Shown here piece after piece: positions 1 through 8,752 of a stretch of DNA of 54,307 nt. This DNA comes from Christensenellales bacterium (GTDB taxonomy: Bacteria; Bacillota; Clostridia; Christensenellales; SZUA-584). Within the stretch, counting starts at the first letter, position 1, and the number at the start of each line of letters is the position of its first letter. The position numbers and the translations under genes were made by a program. The notes beneath the pieces were generated by a model. That model ran no database searches, had not been told where the DNA came from, and saw only the letters and a list, made by a program, of their open reading frames with translations. The stretch covers positions 1 to 54,307 of the forward strand of contig JBMNOU010000006.1 in NCBI GenBank assembly GCA_050943215.1. The letters are read 5' to 3'.

Positions 1-15
1 AAGGAGCGCCCCCAT

Positions 16-240
16 ATGAAAAGCAAACCGGATGACAGGAGTAACAATGTGGAAAGGATACAAAGAAACATCGACATGACGATCTACAACATGGAACTGG
101 CAGACGAGCTGATCGCCAAGACCTCTGATGAGAAAATGAAAAAAACGTTGACCGAAAAGAACGAGAGGAGAAGAAGAGCGCTTGAAGGCATGCGCCGAGA
201 AATACGCGACGAAGCGGCCAACCAAAAAGAAAACGATTAG
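16..240 (+). CDS. tlp: Small acid-soluble spore protein, Tlp family
   Basis: KPDDRSNNVERIQ..I..TI.N and EKNERRRRAL..MR.EI.DEA motifs; AAGGAG RBS at 1-6. Confidence 0.9.
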   Translation: MKSKPDDRSNNVERIQRNIDMTIYNMELADELIAKTSDEKMKKTLTEKNERRRRALEGMRREIRDEAANQKEND

Positions 241-304
241 CACATCGCCTCTGTCAAAAAACACCTCTCTAGCGGAACCGCTGTTTTTACCCATGGTATA
301 TGCA

Positions 305-326
305 AACGCCTGCTAATTGCAGGCGT
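305..326. terminator. Hairpin between convergent genes
   Basis: ACGCCTGC-taatt-GCAGGCGT inverted repeat between tlp and the next convergent gene. Confidence 0.6.
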
Positions 327-354
327 CTATTTTGTATCATGGTATTGCCGGCCG

Positions 355-1650
355 CTACATCGCTTCGATTTCTTCCCTTGCGATCTTCACCCAATTTGTC
401 AGATTCTCCGGTTTGTTCGCCAGCGTATGGTTGTCCTTCATAATAAGCTCAAGGCAACAGTCCTTTGCCTTTTTAAGAACATCTCTGATGTCCTCTCGGA
501 CGGCATTTTCATCCATGTTAGGCACAGCGAGAAAAGAGGGCGACGGTTTAGCGGAATATACGTAATCGTGCTTTAATTTATCCGCCATGAGTTCTCTATT
601 AGCCCATGCCGATACGGACACCCGCCTTAAGTTTTTAACCGTCTTAATAAGGTCAATCCTATCGTCCATCGGCTCACAGCAGCCATAGCATGTCAGCCCA
701 AACCGCTCCATCAGCTTTTTATGATATGGGAAGATGAACTCGCTAAACATCCCGGGAGATACCCCAACGGTAACCTGACTTTCGGCAAGCCCCCACATAT
801 CCTTTGTCTTCACATGCCCGTTAAATCCGGGAGACGGCAGCTCATCGGTAAACCCTATTCCGCCCGAGCCTACGTAAGTGCCGTCGTTATTAAGCCTCAT
901 CAGATGGTTTTCTTCGAGGAAGTCAAGACGCCGCCACATATTGTCGCAGATCATTCCCATCAATTTGTGGACTTCGTCCGGGTAGTCGTACATATCCGTA
1001 AACATATTGGCCATGCCGCGCAGAAAGACGAATTCGTCAGTCAGCCCGAAAGACCAGTACCACGTAGTCTTCTGTCTGACAGTCAGTATACCGTCAAAAA
1101 TCTCGTGTGCGATTTCTTCTGTAATGTTCGTAGTCTTATAATCGATATCAAGTATTGGCTCGATGATATCGGTAAGTTGAGCATAATTATCGAGTATAGT
1201 ATCGATATGGTACGCGCCGCCGCCTTCAAGGCGCGCTTTGCCGGTTGCTTCCTTCCCTCCTTTAATGCCCCATGACGGTATTGAAAACCTATGCGGTACA
1301 TCAAAAAACGGTTCGATCACGTAGTCATCGTTCATCTCGGTTCCCCAGAAGATCAGCTTTCTTAGCCACAGTTCCCAGTGCCTGGCAAGGCTGTTGCTGC
1401 ATACTATCTGGTCATCCGTTATGATCTCGTTCCAGCCGTTTTCGGGATCACACAAAATGACGGGACGTGTTTTTTTCAGCCCGTTATGATCTGTCCAAAG
1501 CTTTTTGTTATCCGCCATCCTCGGCAGCGCCGCGAGTTCGGCCACCTTTTTGGCGAGGTCTTTTAAAACCGCCCTCTCATTATCCGAAAAATCAAGATTA
1601 GAAACATCCGCAACGTTATAATTAACGGTAAAGTTGCTGTGCTCAAACAT
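355..1650 (-). CDS. Uroporphyrinogen decarboxylase / methyltransferase-like TIM-barrel protein
   Basis: LRGM..MF.D.YD.P, VSP.MF.EFIFPY and YGCCEP motifs; GGAGG RBS places start at 1650. Confidence 0.7.
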   Translation of the reverse strand: MFEHSNFTVNYNVADVSNLDFSDNERAVLKDLAKKVAELAALPRMADNKKLWTDHNGLKKTRPVILCDPENGWNEIITDDQIVCSNSLARHWELWLRKLIFWGTEMNDDYVIEPFFDVPHRFSIPSWGIKGGKEATGKARLEGGGAYHIDTILDNYAQLTDIIEPILDIDYKTTNITEEIAHEIFDGILTVRQKTTWYWSFGLTDEFVFLRGMANMFTDMYDYPDEVHKLMGMICDNMWRRLDFLEENHLMRLNNDGTYVGSGGIGFTDELPSPGFNGHVKTKDMWGLAESQVTVGVSPGMFSEFIFPYHKKLMERFGLTCYGCCEPMDDRIDLIKTVKNLRRVSVSAWANRELMADKLKHDYVYSAKPSPSFLAVPNMDENAVREDIRDVLKKAKDCCLELIMKDNHTLANKPENLTNWVKIAREEIEAM

Positions 1651-1805
1651 AATGCTACCTCCGGTCATTTATAATTGAAGAATTCGACAGCAAAAAAATA
1701 TCTCCTTGCTTTATATCTTTTATAAACATTAGATGTAATAGCAGATAAAATCTTTTTATAAATCATAAAAAATTACAACGGACCACACTGCATAGCAGCC
1801 GGTAA

Positions 1806-2300
1806 TTACAGTTTCGTACCGCATTCCCGGCAGAACTTTGTACCGGGAGGGTTCTTTGCACCGCAATCCGGACAAAAAGAGGAAGAAGGGTTTTCGAGTT
1901 TAGTGCCGCACTCCGCACAGAATTTAGTGCCCGGGGTGTTTTCCATACCGCAGCTTTTGCATATCATCGCATCGCGCTGTTGCTGCTCGGCACGCTTTTT
2001 CTCTTCGGCCGCATCCTGAGCGCTCGATAGTTCTTGTTGCTTTCTTTGCAGTTGTTTGTCAAGTTCTAAAACCTCGCCAAAAAGCTCGGTAAATTCTGAG
2101 AAGCCGCCCGATTTTAAATGCTCTTCGTATACTGCAATACCAATGCGGGCCAGCGCCGTCTGCTTTTTGTTTTTGAGTTCACTTAGCTCCCCGTTAAGCA
2201 AAAAAGCGTTCATTGATCCATCATTTTTGGCTTCCTCGCTCATAAACGGCTGCATGCCCTTAATAAACCCCCCGAGACCGCTAAAAAAATCGCTCATCAT
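1806..2300 (-). CDS. Coiled-coil protein with C-terminal double zinc ribbon
   Basis: CxxCG..N.PG.KFCxxCG occurs twice. Confidence 0.85.
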   Translation of the reverse strand: MMSDFFSGLGGFIKGMQPFMSEEAKNDGSMNAFLLNGELSELKNKKQTALARIGIAVYEEHLKSGGFSEFTELFGEVLELDKQLQRKQQELSSAQDAAEEKKRAEQQQRDAMICKSCGMENTPGTKFCAECGTKLENPSSSFCPDCGAKNPPGTKFCRECGTKL

Positions 2301-2557
2301 ATGACCTCCTATAATAAGGTGATTATTGTTTGCGGCCGGGCAGAGACAAAACGCAAAACTCGCCTCGCTGCCGCCGCCCTAAACAACACCAACAAAGTAT
2401 TCATATGTTTTACATAAATTAAGCTTTTGCCCATTTATATCATATCCAACAATTTGCGCAATTGCAATAAGCTTTTACCTTACGCTACATTACGAATACC
2501 CCAAAATTAAAGGGAATCGGCCGCGGGATATTGCCGCTAACTAAAAACGTGAGCACG

Positions 2558-3187
2558 CTATTGACCGAGTATCCGCTTTAGGTTTTCAATCGCCTTCTCG
2601 CCCGCCTTTTTAAGGATTTCTTTCTGGTCACCAGAACCGCCCGATGAAACGCCGATGTAATAACCGTTAGACAAAACATAGAGGCCGGGCATTCCCATAA
2701 AGGCTTCGTCTCCGATCTTTGGTGCCTCTGCGTTAGGCTCGCTCATCACTTGTTTTAGCGCGTCGAATATACTGGAAGGTGTTTGCTGCGTTTCGGGCTC
2801 GAGAAATGCCTGCTGGATAATGGATATCTGCAGAAAACTCTTGGATGTCTGGCTTTCCGCGCTGTAAAGGCACGTTTTTAGCCCGAGTGCGGGCTGTTCT
2901 TTCTTCTCTCCTTCCTTCACTTTCTCCCCGATCAATTCTTCCGCGTCTTTTTTGGAAATCAGCTGGCCAGGCTCTATCATCTGCGCCGCAGACGCACTCG
3001 GTGACTCAGAGCCGCTGGCAGACGAACTTGCTGACTCAGAGCCGCTGGCAGATGAGCTAGGTGACTCAGAGCCGCCCTGTATCGAGGTTGTTGCCGCTCC
3101 TTCCGATTTAGAGCCGCCCCCCGAACATGCTACAAAAATTATAGCAACGCATAAAAAAATAGCCAAAATGAAAACGAACTTTTTCAT
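2558..3187 (-). CDS. Lipoprotein with Ser-rich linker
   Basis: Signal peptide ending in FVAC lipobox; low-complexity Ser/Ala linker. Confidence 0.75.
   Translation of the reverse strand: MKKFVFILAIFLCVAIIFVACSGGGSKSEGAATTSIQGGSESPSSSASGSESASSSASGSESPSASAAQMIEPGQLISKKDAEELIGEKVKEGEKKEQPALGLKTCLYSAESQTSKSFLQISIIQQAFLEPETQQTPSSIFDALKQVMSEPNAEAPKIGDEAFMGMPGLYVLSNGYYIGVSSGGSGDQKEILKKAGEKAIENLKRILGQ
2988..3076. repeat. 30-bp tandem repeat x3 (coding)
   Basis: TGACTCAGAGCCGC at 3002, 3032 and 3062; encodes GSES(P/A)S(S/A)SA units. Confidence 0.9.
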
Positions 3188-3331
3188 ATTGAAACCTTCC
3201 TTAAATTATTTGTTGTTGTAATGAAAGTATGGCAGATTTGCCCATAAAATATACCAGATTTGTTTTATCGAAGCCAGAAGAAGCCGCGCTTTAAGCCGTC
3301 GGTCAAATAAAAAAACGTCTTATCGGTTGCT

Positions 3332-4309
3332 TTAATAGGCGGGATAGTGTGTGTTTTTGGACGACCATTCCATTATATTCATAGCGTGCCCCGTCTCTTC
3401 ATCCTTTAATTCGCCGGCGATGTAGAATCCGCGATTTTTTAGAAATTGAACAGAGGCGTCGTTGTCTTTGTACACCCTGGCACTAAGGCAAGGGTGCTTT
3501 GATTTTGCGGCATTTAGCAGTTTAGTGCCGATTCCTGTCTGCAGCGCCTCGAGCGAAACGCATAGCGCGATGATACTAGATTCCTCCGTAATGCTGATAA
3601 ACCCTCTCACCTGACCGCGATCTATATACACAGTAGTGTCCGCCGCTGTGCGGATCGCATGTCTGGCCGAATCATACCGGCCATGCCAGTACCGCTCGCC
3701 GATAGAGCCATTCGCCAAAATATTGGCATGAAGCCATATCTGCATGATCCCGCCTATATCAGCCTCTAAGTATTTGCGCATAAACGGTGCATCCTGCTCA
3801 AAAACGCTCTGCTGTTTGTTTTTACGGAAAACCACCGCAGGATCTAAAAATTTATTGACGATGAACGCTACGAAAATACCGAAAACCGTCTCTCCCAGCC
3901 GGGCAAGACCATAATAGACAGGCTCTATGTCATGCTTTCCAATAAGTATGATCAGGTATACGACAACGCTGATCGACGCGCTGGCCCAAAGCCGCAGCAC
4001 GTTGCATAGGTATATGATCATAACAACGCCCAGCGTGGCTAGCAGTGCCGTTAAAGTGCTGGGGATCTCGTTGTGCAGCATCAAAAACAGTACGCCCATT
4101 ACAGAACCGATTACAGTGCCTACCACCCTATCAAGGCCTGTTTTGATAGTATTCTGCAATGATGATTTCATGCAGATTGTCGCAGCTACGGCAGCCTGAA
4201 CACCGTTAATATCGCTACCCACATTAATCAGCTGAAACACAAGCAAGCATATTCCTACCGCCACAGCGGTTTTGATATTTCTCATTCCGATCTTAAATCT
4301 GGAATTCAT
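3332..4309 (-). CDS. Aromatic acid exporter (FUSC-like) membrane domain fused to GNAT acetyltransferase
   Basis: N-term IGMRNIKTAVAV...RVVGTVIG; C-term GIGTKLL...N..SV.F....GF. Confidence 0.75.
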   Translation of the reverse strand: MNSRFKIGMRNIKTAVAVGICLLVFQLINVGSDINGVQAAVAATICMKSSLQNTIKTGLDRVVGTVIGSVMGVLFLMLHNEIPSTLTALLATLGVVMIIYLCNVLRLWASASISVVVYLIILIGKHDIEPVYYGLARLGETVFGIFVAFIVNKFLDPAVVFRKNKQQSVFEQDAPFMRKYLEADIGGIMQIWLHANILANGSIGERYWHGRYDSARHAIRTAADTTVYIDRGQVRGFISITEESSIIALCVSLEALQTGIGTKLLNAAKSKHPCLSARVYKDNDASVQFLKNRGFYIAGELKDEETGHAMNIMEWSSKNTHYPAY

Positions 4310-4560
4310 CTGTCCTCCTTAGTCGGCACGGTTAACAATATTGCCCATTTGCAATAGCACCAAGCGTTGACCGCTATCAATCGGGGGTGTGCTCTATATA
4401 AATGGTTCTAAAGGGCAAAAAGTCGGCAAGAACGGACACTGCCTTTTGTATTATTTTATCGAAATCCGCGTTTAAGTCAATAGCAGCATACTATTGGGTT
4501 GTCATGCCAACCCGACCGCTGTTATTTGATATTGATAACTCGCTATGTGGTTTGCCGCGG

Positions 4561-5079
4561 CTAGACTAGATCCTTGCGCAAAATATAGTCTGTTTGATGG
4601 TCTTCCCCTAAATAAAAAGGATGTGCGCCAATACGATAGAATCCTTCTTTTTTATAGAACCGGATCGCTTTCTCGTTTTTATCCCATACACCCAGCCATA
4701 GATATGAATTCCCCCGTGCATTTGCGTGTTCAATAGCCTTGCCGATCAGCGCGGTGCCAAGGCCTAAGCGCTGATGCTCTTTTTTAACGTATATCCTCTC
4801 AATTTCAAGAGACTTTGGGTCGTGAATATCTGTCTGCGCGCCAAATTCATTGATTTTGATATACCCTGATAATTCCCCATCCGCATACACAAAATAAAAC
4901 AACGCGAGGGGATTTAATAATTCATCGAGCAGCTTGTCCCGATTAAAAGCCTGGTCAAGGTACGCTTTGAGGTTATCGGGCGTATTCACAGACCCAAAAG
5001 CGTCGGTAAACGTACTAATCGAAAGCGCTCGAAGCGTTTCAAGATCATCAGTTATGCATTCTCTAAAGGTCAGCTTCAT
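4561..5079 (-). CDS. GNAT N-acetyltransferase, PaiA-like
   Basis: LEIERIYV, GLG..LI, WLGVW.KN..AI.FY...GF, GED.QTD motifs; AAAGGAG RBS places start at 5079. Confidence 0.85.
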   Translation of the reverse strand: MKLTFRECITDDLETLRALSISTFTDAFGSVNTPDNLKAYLDQAFNRDKLLDELLNPLALFYFVYADGELSGYIKINEFGAQTDIHDPKSLEIERIYVKKEHQRLGLGTALIGKAIEHANARGNSYLWLGVWDKNEKAIRFYKKEGFYRIGAHPFYLGEDHQTDYILRKDLV

Positions 5080-5130
5080 TTTTTCTCCTTTATGTTTCGG
5101 GCAGCTTGGCAAAATTTCCACCGGTTTCCC

Positions 5131-5538
5131 CTATATCTGCGACAGTTCTACAAACCTTACTTTAACGTCTCTATATAGCCCCTGGTATACTCTAAACAGC
5201 TTTTCATAAACAGCCACATTCTCTTCAATCGGATGGGTGACCGTTTCAACCGCGAGGCACTGCGCTGCGTGTTCGGTATCTCTCCAAACACCGGCGCCAA
5301 CCCCTGCGACCACAGCGGCGCCGTACGCTCCGCCCTCCGCCGCGCCTGTAAGCGTTTTAACAGGCAGATTAAAGATATCCGCCTGTATCTGCCGCCAGAC
5401 TGGGCTTTTGCTCCCTCCGCCAGAGGAAATCACCTCGGCTGGGCAAAACGCCGGGTTAAGTTTCCGTATCAGCGCGTATATTTCTTTCAATCCAAAAGTG
5501 ACCCCTTCCATCACCGCGCGAGCCATGTCTCCCCTGCC
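5131..5538 (-). pseudogene. 3' fragment of an FGGY carbohydrate kinase (xylulokinase-like)
   Basis: GRGDMARAVMEGV, GGGSKS..W.QI.ADI and EGGAYGAA motifs; only ~135 codons of a ~500-aa family remain, cut by phage sequence at ~5538. Confidence 0.85.
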
Positions 5539-5539
5539 A

Positions 5540-6118
5540 TTACTCAGCCATCCCCTCTAGTTTCTCATCAAACTCGACCGTGATCTCATCCACAGCGGTA
5601 TCCGCCTCGGCCTTTTTCTCCTCCAGCTCAAGCCTCTTGATCGCAATATCCATCGCCGTCTGCTCCTGCACCGTAGGCAGATCAAATACGTTACGGATCA
5701 CATACGCGAGGTCACGGAGAGAGCTCGTAAAATCCTTGAGTGCTTTGGTGTCATACTTGTCATACTTTCGCTCCTCGACTCTTGTGGCGCCCATCCCCAG
5801 GCCTTCTGTGACAATATGCCTTTTAAACTGTTCCTGATCGGCCATCATTTGCTCCACCATCAGCGTTGCCGTATCCGTGGCATCCCTCAGCCTTATAAGC
5901 TGAGCAGCACACGCGCTCGCGTTTTTGTCAGCGACCTTTTGTAACGTGCTTTTTGTCAATTTTTCTTTGTATGTTTTTCTTGCCTCGGTCCATCGCTCCT
6001 TTGATGCATGACCTTTGAGCGTATTGAACGAAACGCAGTGTTTATCGGCCAATTTGCGGTATGATATGTCCGTTGTTGCGTATTCCGATTTGATTTTCAT
6101 CCAATTTATTTCAGCCAT
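5540..6118 (-). CDS. Terminase small subunit-like protein
   Basis: N-term W.KIK.EY....ISYRKLA.KH.V HTH typical of terS; position at end of early region. Confidence 0.7.
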   Translation of the reverse strand: MAEINWMKIKSEYATTDISYRKLADKHCVSFNTLKGHASKERWTEARKTYKEKLTKSTLQKVADKNASACAAQLIRLRDATDTATLMVEQMMADQEQFKRHIVTEGLGMGATRVEERKYDKYDTKALKDFTSSLRDLAYVIRNVFDLPTVQEQTAMDIAIKRLELEEKKAEADTAVDEITVEFDEKLEGMAE

Positions 6119-6294
6119 AACACACCCCTCACCACAATTCTATAATAAGGCGTTTGTGGTGTTCTCCCCCTCGCTGTTTTTAAGCAAACGAAAAGACCCC
6201 TGCTTTGAGAGGCCCCTTCGGGATGTGATAACGCCAGGGAGAGTATCCACGGCTGGCATCTATAATCTATCATGCCGGCCGCTTTCATTCTCCC

Positions 6295-7065
6295 CTACAC
6301 TTTCGGTTTCTTCTTGGACATTTTGCCGACATATTTTATCCAGATCGATTTTCCGATGCGTGCTATTACTTCTCCCTCCGTCAGCGGCTTCGGGTTCTCT
6401 TGTTCTTGCTGTTCTGCCGCGAATGTCGTTCCCATGTGTAGCAACCTATTAATCGCATCGCTTGGCGTATGCCCGTCCCATTTGGGTGCATTATAAAGAA
6501 TCGGCACTGAGAAATATCTCCAATACGGCTCAATATCATAGTGATATGTCGCTTGTCCGTTTGGGGTTTCAATACCGACGATAAACATTCCGTCATACAT
6601 CGTTCCGTCGTGATGTGCCCTTGACTTCCACGCAATATGTGGATTAGCATTGCATATCACCGAAAACAGTATTGCGCGATGGGCGTATAATTCATTAAAC
6701 GTGTGATACCCGTCGGATATTTCGCCTATCGGCCTGCTTTCTCGTTCCTGCTGGGCGCGGAGGGCGGATTCGGCTGTTGGATTATTAAGCCCCAACGCCG
6801 CATATCCGGCAAAGTGCGGTATTTTATCTCCGGGTAAATATGTCATATCGAGGACATATGTTATCTCTCGCACTATGCTATCTCCCGTAAAGTCGAGTGT
6901 TTCAGGGTTCCATTCTTCCAGTATGACCGTATCGCCCACGGCATATGGCCTGTCCCATTTGCGGATTTCAAACGGCTTCAATCCGTCCTTGACCGCCTTG
7001 AAATATTCCGGCCAGCATTTCAATCTGTGTTCCATTGGATGCTGTATCGCTCGTTCCGTATTCAT
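6295..7065 (-). CDS. ASCH/DUF3850 domain fused to WDGH-type phage domain
   Basis: HRLK.WPEYF.AV..G.K.FEIR..DR.Y.VGD; ISDGYHTFNELY.HR and WDGHT motifs. Confidence 0.75.
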   Translation of the reverse strand: MNTERAIQHPMEHRLKCWPEYFKAVKDGLKPFEIRKWDRPYAVGDTVILEEWNPETLDFTGDSIVREITYVLDMTYLPGDKIPHFAGYAALGLNNPTAESALRAQQERESRPIGEISDGYHTFNELYAHRAILFSVICNANPHIAWKSRAHHDGTMYDGMFIVGIETPNGQATYHYDIEPYWRYFSVPILYNAPKWDGHTPSDAINRLLHMGTTFAAEQQEQENPKPLTEGEVIARIGKSIWIKYVGKMSKKKPKV

Positions 7066-7418
7066 TCCGCCGTGACCTCCTTCCCGAGCGTTTTAATATA
7101 ATGCAGTTTGAGTTCGCGGCGTTTCTTATGCCCGCAATCAACGCATAGCGCTTTGTAACTTCCGATTGAAATTGAAGATGTATAGTCCTCAATCACCGTG
7201 TCAGTTTTACCGCATTCGGAGCATGCCCCATATTCGGCTTCGGTTGTGGAATATTCGACCGTTACGATTCGTTGCGCATAAAACTCTTTTTCGCAGTTTC
7301 CGCATGTTTGAAGCCCTAAATCTTCTTCGCCAGATTCGACTTCCCAGCTGTCTATATCTTCATATCCGCAGTACGGACAGACGATATTGCGAGTATATTC
7401 GTGGTCGATTTTCGCCAT
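7062..7418 (-). CDS. Phage zinc-ribbon protein
   Basis: CPYCG plus three further CxxC motifs. Confidence 0.7.
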   Translation of the reverse strand: MAKIDHEYTRNIVCPYCGYEDIDSWEVESGEEDLGLQTCGNCEKEFYAQRIVTVEYSTTEAEYGACSECGKTDTVIEDYTSSISIGSYKALCVDCGHKKRRELKLHYIKTLGKEVTAE

Positions 7419-7475
7419 ATCACTGCCCCTCCTTCATCATCCGCTCAAACTCTTTTTCCGCTTTCGTTATATCAT

Positions 7476-7811
7476 TCATGTCGTTTTACCGTCCATCCCT
7501 GGCATTGCCCCCATTCCGGCATGAGCGTCGGTTATTTCTTTCGCCGTTTCATATGTCTTTTCGAAGATCTCTGCCTTGCATGGATATATCTCGCCAGCTA
7601 CACCTTTGATAATGTAATCGCCCTCCTCACAACGCATTCGCCCTTCCGGTGTTTGAATCATGAGATTGATTTTAATAGGATCAAATATTCCTACAGCGCC
7701 CATAAAAAACATGATCCCGTCGTTAAGTTTACGTTCTGCCCATCTCGGCATTTCATCATACCCGAGCCTAAATGCCTCAACCACAATCGGTTTTTTTCTG
7801 TATTTTGCCAT
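7476..7811 (-). CDS. Conserved phage protein (KYRKKP...GDYII.G..GE.YPCK family)
   Basis: Recognisable motif string common in phage early regions. Confidence 0.8.
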   Translation of the reverse strand: MAKYRKKPIVVEAFRLGYDEMPRWAERKLNDGIMFFMGAVGIFDPIKINLMIQTPEGRMRCEEGDYIIKGVAGEIYPCKAEIFEKTYETAKEITDAHAGMGAMPGMDGKTT

Positions 7812-7814
7812 CGC

Positions 7815-8024
7815 TCAAACCTCCTCCCCTCTGTACCATCCCTGGCACTTTTCTTTCGGGTAATACCACTCTCCCATGATCTCTACTCTCGGCAGCCCGT
7901 CAGCCACCACTTTTTTAAACGCATTATTTCCGTCATTTGTGTACGGATATAAAAACTCTCTGCGGAATACACTTTCCGCCAAATACCTGTCTGTAGGTAC
8001 ATAAATCCCGCTACTCTTGCTCAT
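7815..8024 (-). CDS. Small phage protein, possibly excisionase-like
   Basis: Coupled ORF; GLP.V.I...W.YP pattern. Confidence 0.5.
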   Translation of the reverse strand: MSKSSGIYVPTDRYLAESVFRREFLYPYTNDGNNAFKKVVADGLPRVEIMGEWYYPKEKCQGWYRGEEV

Positions 8025-8752
8025 TGATTGCCTCCTCTCACACGATGATCATAATCGCTGTACTCGACCACCTCGCACATCTCTAAGAGCCGGCTTAGCG
8101 TGTGCAATCCATATCCGTGCTTTACTCCGTTTTTTATCTCGCCATCCGCAATCTCGTCCGCAGTCATGTTTGTCGTGATAATCAGCTTCTTTTCTCTCTC
8201 GTATGCCTGATCCACAAAATCCGCCATCAACGACCGGCTTGTCTCCGTGCCCGATTCTTTGCCGATGTCGTTGATTACGATAACCCGCGCCTCGAAAATG
8301 TTATCAATCGCGTCCTCTACATGCCCGTATGAATCATACAGTCTCGTCTGCAGACGTTTCGCGCTTGACACATACGCCAAGTCTCCGCGCTTTGCGAGCT
8401 CGTTGACGATCGCTGCAGCGAGATGGTTTTTACCTATCCCGATTGGACCTGCCAGCATTATCCCCTTGTTGCTTTTACCCTGAGCAAACCGGAGACAAGC
8501 ATCATACGCTTCTTTGTTGTTTTTGTTGACTCGGAAATTGTCAAACGTTGATCCGGAGAACTTCTCACCGAGCCGGCTCTTCGCTGCGTCGATGTAAAAC
8601 CGATCAGCCATCTCTCGAATCATTTTTTCCTTTTCAGCATCGCGCTGAGCTTTGACCCGCTCGTATCCAATCGCGCTGATTCTCTCTGCAAGCCTTTTCT
8701 CTGCGATCTCTAAATTTTTAGCCATCAAACCGCTTACCTGTATTTCCATCAT
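8021..8752 (-). CDS. DnaC/IstB-like helicase loader ATPase
   Basis: TFDNF, Walker A GPIGIGKN, Walker B VINDIG, IITTN, SRL.EMC. Confidence 0.9.
   Translation of the reverse strand: MMEIQVSGLMAKNLEIAEKRLAERISAIGYERVKAQRDAEKEKMIREMADRFYIDAAKSRLGEKFSGSTFDNFRVNKNNKEAYDACLRFAQGKSNKGIMLAGPIGIGKNHLAAAIVNELAKRGDLAYVSSAKRLQTRLYDSYGHVEDAIDNIFEARVIVINDIGKESGTETSRSLMADFVDQAYEREKKLIITTNMTADEIADGEIKNGVKHGYGLHTLSRLLEMCEVVEYSDYDHRVRGGNQ

Noticed and set aside
721-1275. Long antisense ORFs (also 7401-7952, 13696-14187, 46343-46843 and similar)
   Set aside because: Shadows of well-supported genes on the other strand, with no motifs or RBS.
2988-3076. 30-bp periodic repeat as a mini CRISPR array
   Set aside because: In-frame coding repeat with similar intervening sequence; no cas genes or unique spacers.
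5400-5700. Second attachment site at the left prophage edge
   Set aside because: No copy of the tmRNA 3' end was seen; the edge looks like a deletion junction.
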